Below, one piece after another: positions 1 through 8,318 of a stretch of 64,000 nucleotides of DNA. The notes under the pieces were generated by a model. The model saw nothing but the letters and a program-made list of their open reading frames with translations. It was not told the DNA's origin and ran no database searches. A program made the translations under genes and the position numbers. The stretch's first letter is position 1; each line of letters opens with the position of its first letter. The DNA is taken from contig JBBAPL010000003.1 in NCBI GenBank assembly GCA_040400895.1, forward strand, positions 12,283 to 76,282. Reading direction: 5' to 3'. The stretch comes from Aquabacterium sp. (GTDB taxonomy: Bacteria; Pseudomonadota; Gammaproteobacteria; Burkholderiales; Burkholderiaceae_C).

Positions 1-123
1 CGTCAGCCAGGCCTCCAGCAACGCACGCACCGGATAGCCAGCGAGCGCTTCGGCCTCTTCGTCCAGCAGGCTGGCGAAGGCAGATCCGGGGTGGCGAAGA
101 TTGGCCCGAGGCATGCGCGACAT
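1..123 (-). CDS. Hypothetical protein, 5' part only (runs off the left edge)
   Basis: My translation from the ATG at 123 is MSRMPRANLRHPGSAFASLLDEEAEALAGYPVRALLEAWLT, open to the edge with GC-rich codon style. It is divergent from iorB. No family recognised. Confidence 0.35.
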   Translation of the reverse strand, partial: MSRMPRANLRHPGSAFASLLDEEAEALAGYPVRALLEAWLT

Positions 124-334
124 GGCGGTTCAGGCCGGTGGATCGGCACTTGCAAACATGGCCCGCGACAGTACCGGAACCCGACTGCCGCGTGCTGCCG
201 AGCGGCCAGCCGCCAGCGGGCCGAATGACAAGCTTTGCACGTTCTGCCACTGAACAGCCAGCGCCTCTGCTGCGGCAGACCGGCAGCCCGGGCGGTTACC
301 CTTGCACCATGGACATCTTGAACCGCCCCCAACC

Positions 335-2638
335 ATGAGCACCCGCCGCAAGTTTCTTCTGGCCACCGCCGGCGTGGCCACCGCCGGCACCGCCCTGGTG
401 GTGGGCTGGGGCCTGATGCCGGTGCGCCAGCGCCTGGTGGGCAGCCGGCCGCTGCCGGCCGCCGCCGGGCAGCAGGTGTTCAACGGCTGGGTCAAGATCG
501 CCAGCGACGACACCGTGACGGTGATGGTGCCCAAGAGCGAGATGGGCCAGGGCGTGCACACCAGCCTGGCCATGGTGCTGGCCGACGAACTGGACGCCGA
601 CTGGGCCCGAGTGCGCACCGAGCATCCGCCGCTGGACGCCGTCTACAACAACCTGGCCACCATGGTCGATGGCCTGCCCTTCCACCCGGACAACGACGGC
701 ACCATCAAGCGTCTGGCCAGCCACCTGACGGCCAAGACCATGCGTGAATTCGGCCTGCAGGCCACGGGCGGGTCGTCGAGCCTCAAGGACTTGTGGCTGC
801 CGATGCGCGAAGCCGGCGCCAGCGCCCGCGCCATGCTGGTGGCCGCTGCCGCCCAGACCTGGGCCGTGCCGGCGGCCGACTGCAGCGTGTCCAAAGGGGT
901 GGTGCGCCATGCGGCCAGCAACCGCCAGCTGCGCTTTGGCGAACTGGCCGAGCGTGCGGCCAAACTGCCGCTGCCGACCAAGCCGGCGCTGAAGACAGCC
1001 GAGCAATTCACTCTGATCGGCCAGTCGATGCGCCGGCATGAGGCTGCGTCCAAGCACGACGGCAGCGCCCGCTTCGGCATCGATGTCCTGCAGCCCGGCC
1101 AGCGCTTTGCCAGCGTGCTGATGTGCCCCACGCTGGGCGGCAAGGTCGCCAGCTTCGATGCCAAGGCGGCGCTGGCCCTGCCCGGCGTGCAACAGGTGTT
1201 GGCGGTGCCGCCGCTGCACGGCAGCACCGGCGGCGTGGCCGCCATCGCGGCCACGCCCTGGCAGGCCATGGCGGCCGCCAAGGCGGTGGTGGTGCAGTGG
1301 GACCACGGCCCCGCCGCCACGCTGAACAGCGCCGGCATCACCCAGCAACTGACCGACCGGCTGGCGGCCGACGACGGCTTCGACTACTTCAGCCAGGGCG
1401 ACCCGGCCGCTGCGCTGCAGCAGGCCGCACGCACCCTGAAGGCCGAGTACAGCGCCCCGCTGCTGGCCCATGCCACGCTGGAGCCGCAGAACTGCACCGT
1501 GCACTACACGCCCGACGCCAAGGACGGCCCGCGCGCCACGGTGTGGGCGCCCACCCAGGTCCCGGGCCTGGGCCGCTGGGCAGCCGCCCAGGCGCTGGGG
1601 CTCGACAGCGACCAGGTGGCGATGAACGTCACCTTGCTGGGCGGCGGCTTCGGGCGCCGACTGGAGGTCGACTTCATCGCCCAGGCCGCGCATGTGGCCA
1701 AGGCGCTGCCCGGCGTGCCGGTGCAGACCTTCTGGAGCCGCGAGCAGGACAGCACGCACGACTTCTACCGCCCGCCCTGCGTGGCGCGCTACCAGGCCGG
1801 TTTCGACAGCCAGGGCCGGCTGACGGCCTGGGTGGCGGCATCGGCCGGGCCGTCGATCATCCAGCAGTTCCTCGGCCGGCAGTTCGGCCTGCCCGGCGGC
1901 GGGCCCGACAAGACCACCGCCGAAGGCGCGTTCGACCAGCCGTATGAATGGCCCACCGCGCGCATCAGCCATGCCATCGTGCCGCTGCCGGTGCCGGTGG
2001 GCTTTTGGCGCAGCGTGGGGCATGCGCACCAGGCCTTCTTCAAGGAATGCTTCGTCGACGAGGCCGCCCATGCGACCGGGCAAGACCCGCTGGCCTTCCG
2101 CCTGACGTTGCTGCAGCAGCACCCGCGCCACGCGGCCGTGCTGCGCAAGGCGGCCGACATGGCCGGCTGGGGCCAGCCGCTGGCACCGGCGGCCGACGGC
2201 GCACCGCGGGCCCGCGGCATCGCGCTGCACCACAGCTTCGGCAGCATCGTGGCCCAGGTGGCCGAGGTGTCGCTGGATCCGGCCGACCGCACCCGCATCC
2301 GCGTGCACCGGGTGCTGGCCGCCATCGACTGCGGCACCGCCATCAACCCCGACCACATCCGCCAGCAGATGGAGAGCGCGGTGGTGTTCGGCCTCAGCGC
2401 CGCGCTGTACGGCGCCGTGACGCTGGAGGCCGGCCAGGTGCAGCAGACCAATTTCCACCAGCAGCCGCTGCTGAGCGGTGCCGACTGCCCGGTGATCACC
2501 ACCGAGATCCTGCCCAGCGCCCTGCCGCCCGAAGGCGTGGGTGAGCCCGGCACGCCGCCCATCGCCCCAGCGGTGGCCAATGCCCTGTTTGCCCTGACCG
2601 GCAAGCGCCTGCGCAGCCTGCCGCTGAAACTGGCCTGA
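335..2638 (+). CDS. iorB: Xanthine dehydrogenase-family molybdopterin-binding subunit (isoquinoline 1-oxidoreductase beta-like), Tat-exported
   Basis: MSTRRKFLL twin-arginine leader. Family motifs: EMGQG, TGGSSS, LGGGFGRR, WRSVG, GVGEPGTPPIAPAVANA. Start set at ATG 335 within ORF 302..2638. Confidence 0.92.
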   Translation: MSTRRKFLLATAGVATAGTALVVGWGLMPVRQRLVGSRPLPAAAGQQVFNGWVKIASDDTVTVMVPKSEMGQGVHTSLAMVLADELDADWARVRTEHPPLDAVYNNLATMVDGLPFHPDNDGTIKRLASHLTAKTMREFGLQATGGSSSLKDLWLPMREAGASARAMLVAAAAQTWAVPAADCSVSKGVVRHAASNRQLRFGELAERAAKLPLPTKPALKTAEQFTLIGQSMRRHEAASKHDGSARFGIDVLQPGQRFASVLMCPTLGGKVASFDAKAALALPGVQQVLAVPPLHGSTGGVAAIAATPWQAMAAAKAVVVQWDHGPAATLNSAGITQQLTDRLAADDGFDYFSQGDPAAALQQAARTLKAEYSAPLLAHATLEPQNCTVHYTPDAKDGPRATVWAPTQVPGLGRWAAAQALGLDSDQVAMNVTLLGGGFGRRLEVDFIAQAAHVAKALPGVPVQTFWSREQDSTHDFYRPPCVARYQAGFDSQGRLTAWVAASAGPSIIQQFLGRQFGLPGGGPDKTTAEGAFDQPYEWPTARISHAIVPLPVPVGFWRSVGHAHQAFFKECFVDEAAHATGQDPLAFRLTLLQQHPRHAAVLRKAADMAGWGQPLAPAADGAPRARGIALHHSFGSIVAQVAEVSLDPADRTRIRVHRVLAAIDCGTAINPDHIRQQMESAVVFGLSAALYGAVTLEAGQVQQTNFHQQPLLSGADCPVITTEILPSALPPEGVGEPGTPPIAPAVANALFALTGKRLRSLPLKLA

Positions 2639-2650
2639 GCGAGACCCCCG

Positions 2651-3118
2651 ATGACCACCACCCTCCAAGTCAACGGCAAGACCCAGACCGTGGCCGCCAC
2701 CCCCGACACCCCGCTGCTGTGGGTGCTGCGCGGCGACCTGCAAATGACCGGCACCAAGTTCGGCTGCGGCATGGCCCTGTGCGGCGCCTGCACGGTGCAG
2801 ATCGACGGCCAGCCCACCCGCAGCTGCGTGACGCCGCTGTCGGCCGTGGGCAGCCGTGCCGTCACCACCATCGACGGCCTGCAGGGCCCCGAGATCACCG
2901 CGCTGCGCGCCGCCTGGACCGAGTTGGACGTGGTGCAGTGCGGTTACTGCCAGAGCGGCCAGCTGGTGTCGGCCGCCGCGCTGCTGAAGGCTGCGCCGAA
3001 GCCGACGGACGCCGACATCGACGCGGCGATGAACGGCAACCTGTGCCGCTGCGGCACCTACCCGCGCATCCGCGCCGGCATCCACCGCGCGGCGGCGCTG
3101 CTGACGGGCGCGGGCTGA
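2651..3118 (+). CDS. iorA: (2Fe-2S)-binding small subunit (isoquinoline 1-oxidoreductase alpha-like)
   Basis: [25 protein letters not shown] and NLCRCGTY motifs; starts 12 bp after iorB. Confidence 0.95.
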   Translation: MTTTLQVNGKTQTVAATPDTPLLWVLRGDLQMTGTKFGCGMALCGACTVQIDGQPTRSCVTPLSAVGSRAVTTIDGLQGPEITALRAAWTELDVVQCGYCQSGQLVSAAALLKAAPKPTDADIDAAMNGNLCRCGTYPRIRAGIHRAAALLTGAG

Positions 3119-3157
3119 GCGCGGCGAGCCTGCTGCCGCCCGGTGGTGGCGCCAGGC

Positions 3158-4003
3158 TCAGCAGACCAGGTCGCCCGCCAAGGCGGTGACCTGGCCGTGG
3201 TCCGGCAGGCGCGGCGCCAGCGCGTGCAGGTCCAACCCCAGCACCCGCACCAGGTCCGGCTGGCAGGCCAGCAAGGCCGGCAGTGGTGCCAGGCCGTCGG
3301 CGGCGGCGTCGGCCAGCACGCTGGCAACCCGCAGCAGCGCACCCGGCGCCGAGAACGGCTGGGCGGCCAGCGGGTCGGCTGCGGTGTAGAGCGCATCGAC
3401 GATGTCACTGGGAAAGTGCCAGCGGCTGGCCAACTCGGCGCTCAGCTCGGCATGGGTGCAGCCGAAGTGCTGGCGCTGCAGGGCAAACACGCTGTCGGGC
3501 GCACCGGCCAGCGATTCCACCAGCGCCGTCATGCCCGGGTCGGCCAGCAGCATCAGCAGTTCGCCCGAGCGCAGCACCAGGCCGCCCACCTCGGCCAGGT
3601 CGGCGTCCAGTGACAGCGTGCCCGCCAACCAGCGCGCATAGGCGGCGGTGGCCAAGTTCTGGCGCCAGAAGCGCAGCCGGTCGAAACCGGGCCGACGCGG
3701 AAAGGCCTGCGCCAGGCAGGCACCCAGTGCCAGCGCGCGCAGCGGCCCCAGCCCGATCAAGGCGGCGGCGTCCTGCAGCCGGGTGACGCGGTCGCCAAAG
3801 GGCCTGCAGTAGAGCGCCGAATTCGCCAGCCGCAGCAGGCGCGCCGACAGCGCTGCATCCTGCCGGATCAGCGCGACCAGCTCGTGCAGCGCGACATCAT
3901 CGCGGCCGAAGCTGGTGATCAACTGCTGCGCAATTTCGGGCAGGGTGGGCAGCTGATCAGCGTGGTCGATGTAGCGGCGCGGTCTGGCGGCGTGCTGGCA
4001 CAT
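3158..4003 (-). CDS. Stand-alone HDOD domain signalling protein
   Basis: LPTLPEIAQQL, QDAALSARLLRLANSA, FGCTHAELSAELASRWHFP. No associated GGDEF, EAL or REC domain. Confidence 0.88.
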   Translation of the reverse strand: MCQHAARPRRYIDHADQLPTLPEIAQQLITSFGRDDVALHELVALIRQDAALSARLLRLANSALYCRPFGDRVTRLQDAAALIGLGPLRALALGACLAQAFPRRPGFDRLRFWRQNLATAAYARWLAGTLSLDADLAEVGGLVLRSGELLMLLADPGMTALVESLAGAPDSVFALQRQHFGCTHAELSAELASRWHFPSDIVDALYTAADPLAAQPFSAPGALLRVASVLADAAADGLAPLPALLACQPDLVRVLGLDLHALAPRLPDHGQVTALAGDLVC

Positions 4004-4029
4004 GGCGTCCTTGGAGGGTGTTCAGACAG

Positions 4030-4056
4030 GTGTCGACCCGCCAGGCTGCGGCTTGA
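4030..4056 (-). promoter_or_regulatory. Possible sigma28 (FliA)-type promoter for the HDOD gene
   Basis: Minus strand reads TCAAG-N14-GTCGACAC, 27 bp upstream of the ATG. The -10 part matches 5/8 of GCCGATAA. Confidence 0.3.
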
Positions 4057-4176
4057 AGGGTTTGCCCGTCTTGTCCCGGCTTTCGTGCAGAACTGCGTGC
4101 GGACCGGCGCTCTGGCGGCCCGACTGGCCTGCCGCACCGCAGGCCAGTCGGCGGTGCGGCTGCGCCGGCATGGCCG

Positions 4177-5467
4177 TCAGCCCGGCGTCGGCCGTCGCCG
4201 CTGCAGATAGGCCCGCACGACCGGGTCGGCCTCCAGGCCGATGGCGCGGTCGTAGGCAGCGGCCGCCTCCGCCATGCGGCCCAGGCGCTGCAGCAGATCG
4301 GCGCGCGCGGCCCAGGCGGGCTGGTAGTCGGCCAGGCGGGCATCGCCGGCCAGCCCATCCAGCGCCGCCAGGCCGGCGGCCGGTCCGGCGGTCTCGGCCA
4401 GCGCCACCGCACGGTTCAGCGCCACCACCGGTGAATCGGTCAGCAGCGCCAGCGCGTCGTACAGCGCCACGATGGCGGGCCAGTCGGCCACGCCAGTGAC
4501 GCGCCGCACGCCGTGTGCCGATTGGATGGCAGCCTCCAACTGATAGCGGCCCACCCGCTGCAGGCCGGCGCCGGGCTGCAGCGCCAGCGTGCCGGCGCGG
4601 TGCAGCAGGCGCTCGGCCTCGCGCAGCATGCGGGCGTCCCATAGGGTGGTGTCCTGTGCGGCCAGCGGCACGTAGCGGCCGGCGGCATCGCGCCGGGCAG
4701 CGCGGCGGGCGTGGCTGTGCAGCATCAGCGCCAGCAGGCCCAGGGCTTCGGGTTCGTCGGGCAGCAGGCCTGGCCACCAGGCCGCCCAGCCACAGCGCCT
4801 CGTCGGCCAGGTTGCGGCGCTGCGGGTCGGTGCCGGCGGGGTCGCTCCAGCCTTCGGCATAACAGGCATAGATGGCGTCCAGCACGGTGCCCAGGCGCGA
4901 CGGCAGGTCGGCCAGCGGCGGCACGGCAAACGGGATGCCGGCCTGGCGGATGCGGGCCTTGGCCCGCACCAGGCGCTGACCCATGGTGGCCGGCGCCATC
5001 AGAAAGGCCGAGCCGATGGCCGCCGCGTCGAAGCCCAGCAGCACCTGCAGCATCAGCGGCGCGCGCAGGTGGGCGTCGATGGCCGGGTGGGCGCAGGCGA
5101 ACATCAGCGCCAGGCGCTGGTCGGGGATCTCGGGGCGCTGGCCCGCGATGTCAGTGGCAGCCTGCGCCCATTCACCCAGCAGGCGCAGGGTGTCGGACGC
5201 GGCGTCGTGCGTGTGGCGCGCCCGGGCGGCGTCGATCAGCCGGTGGCGTGCCGCCGTCAGCAGCCAGGCCTCGGGGTTGGCCGGCACGCCCTGCGCCGGC
5301 CAGGCCCCGAGCGCGGCGGCGAAGGCATCGGCCAGGGCGTCTTCGGCCGCCACCACATCGCGGGTGCGGGCCGACAGCAGCGCCACCAGCTTGCCGTAGC
5401 TGCGGCGCGCCACCGCTTCAGCGGTGGCGGCGGCCTCAGCGGGCCGAGAGGTCACATCGCCCGTCAC
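4177..5467 (-). pseudogene. ECF42-type RNA polymerase sigma factor (sigma2-sigma4-DUF6596/TPR extension) with a +1 frameshift at ~4770
   Basis: The N-terminal half (YGKLVALL..AEDALADAF..WLLTAARHRLID..RLALMFACAHP..RLVRAKARI) is in ORF 4022..5467. The C-terminal half (LLPDEPEALGLLALML..YQLEAAIQSAH..SPVVALNRAVA..AYDRAIGL) is in ORF 4177..4929. The junction GTG GCC A GGC CTG CTG CCC has one extra base. Confidence 0.85.
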
Positions 5468-5811
5468 ATTGCCCAGATGGGCCTCACCTCGATGGTGCCG
5501 TGGTTGGCACTGGGGCAGCGCGCGGCCCAGTGCAGGGCGGCATCGAGATCGGGCACGTCGACCATGAAGTAGCCGCCCAACTGTTCGCGGGTATCGGCAT
5601 AGGGGCCGTTCAGCAGTTCGGTCTTGCCGCCGCGGATGCGCATGCTGGTGGCGTCGCCGGTGGGGCGCAGGCGCTCGCCGCCCACCAACACGCCGGCCTG
5701 GGCCATGGCGCCGGCATAGGCGCCGTAGGCGGCGATCTCGGCCTGGGCGTCGGCCTCGGTCATGGTGGCTTCGGCGGCTTCATCGGAATAGATCATCAAA
5801 AGGTACTTCAT
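5464..5811 (-). CDS. YciI/DGPF-domain protein
   Basis: MKYLLMIY..GGERLRP..NGPYADTREQLGGYFMVDV..WAARCP..GTIEVRP. Its stop overlaps the sigma factor start (4 bp), the typical DGPF-ECF42 pairing. Confidence 0.92.
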   Translation of the reverse strand: MKYLLMIYSDEAAEATMTEADAQAEIAAYGAYAGAMAQAGVLVGGERLRPTGDATSMRIRGGKTELLNGPYADTREQLGGYFMVDVPDLDAALHWAARCPSANHGTIEVRPIWAM

Positions 5812-5862
5812 CGCAGGCTCCATCGGTGGAAGGCCGGTGCACCCTGCACCGGTTCTGACAAT

Positions 5863-5889
5863 GACGGGCGGGCCTGCCGCGTTTCGACA
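5863..5889 (-). promoter_or_regulatory. ECF42-type promoter (TGTCGA-N17-CGTC) upstream of the DGPF-sigma operon
   Basis: Minus strand TGTCGA aacgcggcaggcccgcc CGTC, about 50 bp upstream of the DGPF start. Matches the TGTCGA / CG(A/T)C motif described for ECF42 target promoters. Confidence 0.75.
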
Positions 5890-5906
5890 GGCTGGCGAAA
5901 AAAATG

Positions 5907-6584
5907 TCAGGCCGCCACCACGATGTCGAAGCTGGCGCGCAGGCCATCGGCCACCGGCTGGAAGGGCATGGTCAGTGCAGCGCGGTCGGCATCGCTGAGC
6001 CGGCGCCACAGAAAGTCCTGTGCATTGCCGGGGTCGCCCGCCACGTAGAGCTGGGTGGTCAGCAGCGTGCGCTGGCCCTGCTTCACCTTCAGATGGATGT
6101 GCGGCGTGCGGCCGCTGTAGGCCACCGGGCGGATGGTGCGAAAGCGGTAGCGGCCCTGGGCATCGGCCACCACGCGGCCGAAGGCCTGGAACTCGGGGTC
6201 GGCCCGGTCGCCGTCGCCGGGGTGGCGGTAGTGGCCAGCAGCGTCGCATTGCCAGATCTCCACCACCGCGCCAGCCAGCGGCTGGCCAGCGGTGTCGCGC
6301 ACCTGGCCGTCCAGCCAGCAGGGCTGGCCCTTGGCGTAGGCCGTGGCCCCCTGGCGCAGCAGGTCGGCATCGGTGTCGGCGGGCAGGTTGACCGGGTAGA
6401 ACGGGCCTTCGGTCTGGGTCGGGGTGCGGCGCAGTGCGGCGCCCGCCTGGCCCTGCGCCCAGGCCGCTCGCGTGGTCAGCATGGGCAGGCAAGCCGCCAG
6501 CAGTCCCAGCCAGCCGAACACGTGGCGGCGACCAGGGCTGGGCGGGGTGGCGCGGTCTGACGTGGGCAGTGGGGGCTTCGGCAT
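5907..6584 (-). CDS. Intradiol ring-cleavage dioxygenase-family protein with a probable Tat signal
   Basis: GRRHVF leader; QTEGPFYP, VEIWQCDAAGHY, FRTIRPVAYSGRTPHIHLKV (Tyr/Tyr/His/His iron ligands). Confidence 0.88.
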   Translation of the reverse strand: MPKPPLPTSDRATPPSPGRRHVFGWLGLLAACLPMLTTRAAWAQGQAGAALRRTPTQTEGPFYPVNLPADTDADLLRQGATAYAKGQPCWLDGQVRDTAGQPLAGAVVEIWQCDAAGHYRHPGDGDRADPEFQAFGRVVADAQGRYRFRTIRPVAYSGRTPHIHLKVKQGQRTLLTTQLYVAGDPGNAQDFLWRRLSDADRAALTMPFQPVADGLRASFDIVVAA

Positions 6585-6806
6585 GGGGGCTCCTGTGGAG
6601 GTCAATGGTGACAAGCTGGCTGAATTCTGCGGCCCGCACGGCCGCCACGCCAGCCATGGGTTGTGGTCTGAACGGACCACGGCGCGGCGCGGAGCCGCCG
6701 TCAACAGGTCACCCCCGGCCGCGACGATGCGGGACAGCACGCGGCATGCACCGCGCCCAAGCAGACCCCCACGACGCTGCCGACACACCCCCCTGGAGGA
6801 CTTTCC

Positions 6807-8255
6807 ATGCACCGCACCCCACTGGCCCTGGCCGCCGCACTGACCCTGTCCATCGCCGGCGCACCGGCCACCGCCGCCGACACCACGGTGCGCTTTGCCA
6901 CCTTCAATGCGTCGCTCAACCGCGACGCCAGCGGGCAGCTGCTGAGCGACCTGGCCAACCCGCTGGCCACCGGCGGGGTGTCCACCGCCGTGGCCAACCG
7001 CATCCGCCAGGCCCACAACGTGGCCGAGATCCTGCAGCGGGTGAACGCCGATGTGCTGCTGGTCAACGAGTTCGACTTCGACCTGGCCGGCACGCCGACC
7101 GCATCCAGCCAGATGATGGGCCTGGGCTACAGCAGCCAGGCGGCGCAACTGTTCCAGAACAACTTCCTGGCGGCCAGCCACGGCAATGCGGTGCGCGGCT
7201 TCACCAGCGCCCTGCAGTACGCCCACCGCTACACGCCCAACACCAACACCGGCCTGGCATCGGGGTTCGACCTGAACAACAACGGCGTGGTGTCGGGCGG
7301 CGACGACGCCTGGGGCTTCGGCAACTTCGCCGGCCAGTTCGGCTTCACCGTCTACAGCAAGTACGAGATCGTGGGCGTGCGCAGCTTCCAGAACTTCAAG
7401 TGGAAGGACATGCCCGGCAACCTGCTGACCAACGACCCGGTGGCAGGCGCCAACAACCTGTCGAACTTCTACAGCGCCGACGAGATCGCCAACCTGCGCC
7501 TGTCGTCGAAGAACCATGTCGATGTGACGGTGCGCATCAACGGCCAGGACGTGCACTTCCTGACCGCCCACCCCACACCGCCCACATTCGACGGAAGCGA
7601 AGACCGCAACGGCAAGCGCAACCACGACGAGATCCGCCTGTGGGCCGACTACATCGGCGGCGCTGGCTATCTGTATGACGACCAGGGCCGCACCGGCGGC
7701 CTGGCGCCCGGCGCCAGGTTCGTGATTGCGGGCGACTACAACGCCGACCCGCTGGACGGCGACAGCTTCAAGGGCGTGGTCAACGGCAAGGCCTACAACG
7801 CCATCAACCAGTTGCTGGGCAACCCGCTGATCAACACCACGCTGACGCCCAGCGCCCCCGGCGGCCTGGACGCCAAGGACCACCCCAGCAACAACGGCAG
7901 CGCCAACCTGTCGCACCTGGGCGACCCCACCCAGGACACCGCCGATTTCAGCGACAGCGCCCCCGGCAATCTGCGTGTCGACTATGTGCTGCCGTCGGCC
8001 AACCTGGCGATGACCGGCGCGGGCGTCTTCTGGCCGGCCGACCCCGACCGCAACGCGCCCAACACCACGGGCGACGTGTACGACCTGGTCGGCAACTTCC
8101 GTGACCAGAACCTGTACGCCAACTACCCCAGCAGCGACCACAAGGCGGTGTGGGCCGACGTCACGGTCAGCGCGGTGCCCGAGCCCGGCGCCTGGCTGCT
8201 GATGGCCGGCGGCCTGGCCGTGCTGGCCGCCGCTGCGCGCCGCCGGCGCGCCTGA
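6807..8255 (+). CDS. Secreted endonuclease/exonuclease/phosphatase (EEP) protein with a C-terminal PEP-CTERM sorting signal
   Basis: Signal peptide; FATFNASL, LLVNEFD, HPTPPTFD, IAGDYNAD, LRVDYVLPS, SSDHKAVW; ends VPEPGAWLLMAGGLAVLAAAARRRRA. Confidence 0.9.
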   Translation: MHRTPLALAAALTLSIAGAPATAADTTVRFATFNASLNRDASGQLLSDLANPLATGGVSTAVANRIRQAHNVAEILQRVNADVLLVNEFDFDLAGTPTASSQMMGLGYSSQAAQLFQNNFLAASHGNAVRGFTSALQYAHRYTPNTNTGLASGFDLNNNGVVSGGDDAWGFGNFAGQFGFTVYSKYEIVGVRSFQNFKWKDMPGNLLTNDPVAGANNLSNFYSADEIANLRLSSKNHVDVTVRINGQDVHFLTAHPTPPTFDGSEDRNGKRNHDEIRLWADYIGGAGYLYDDQGRTGGLAPGARFVIAGDYNADPLDGDSFKGVVNGKAYNAINQLLGNPLINTTLTPSAPGGLDAKDHPSNNGSANLSHLGDPTQDTADFSDSAPGNLRVDYVLPSANLAMTGAGVFWPADPDRNAPNTTGDVYDLVGNFRDQNLYANYPSSDHKAVWADVTVSAVPEPGAWLLMAGGLAVLAAAARRRRA

Positions 8256-8318
8256 CCCGGCGCCACAGGTTGCGTGTCCCCCGCCTCCGTTCCAGACTTT
8301 CATCAAGCAAGGCAAACC

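Noticed and set aside
296-3085. 929-aa ORF antisense to iorBA
   Set aside because: Shadow ORF from high GC and codon bias; no motifs; the opposite strand carries clear genes.
4040-4110. GGGCAAACC on the minus strand suggesting a c-di-GMP-I riboswitch upstream of the HDOD gene
   Set aside because: The GNRA-capped P2 stem and downstream GACGCAAAGC/P3 elements are absent.
6585-6806. PHO box upstream of the phosphoesterase operon
   Set aside because: GTCA-containing half-sites exist but not with the 11-bp direct-repeat spacing, so PhoB control cannot be claimed from sequence.
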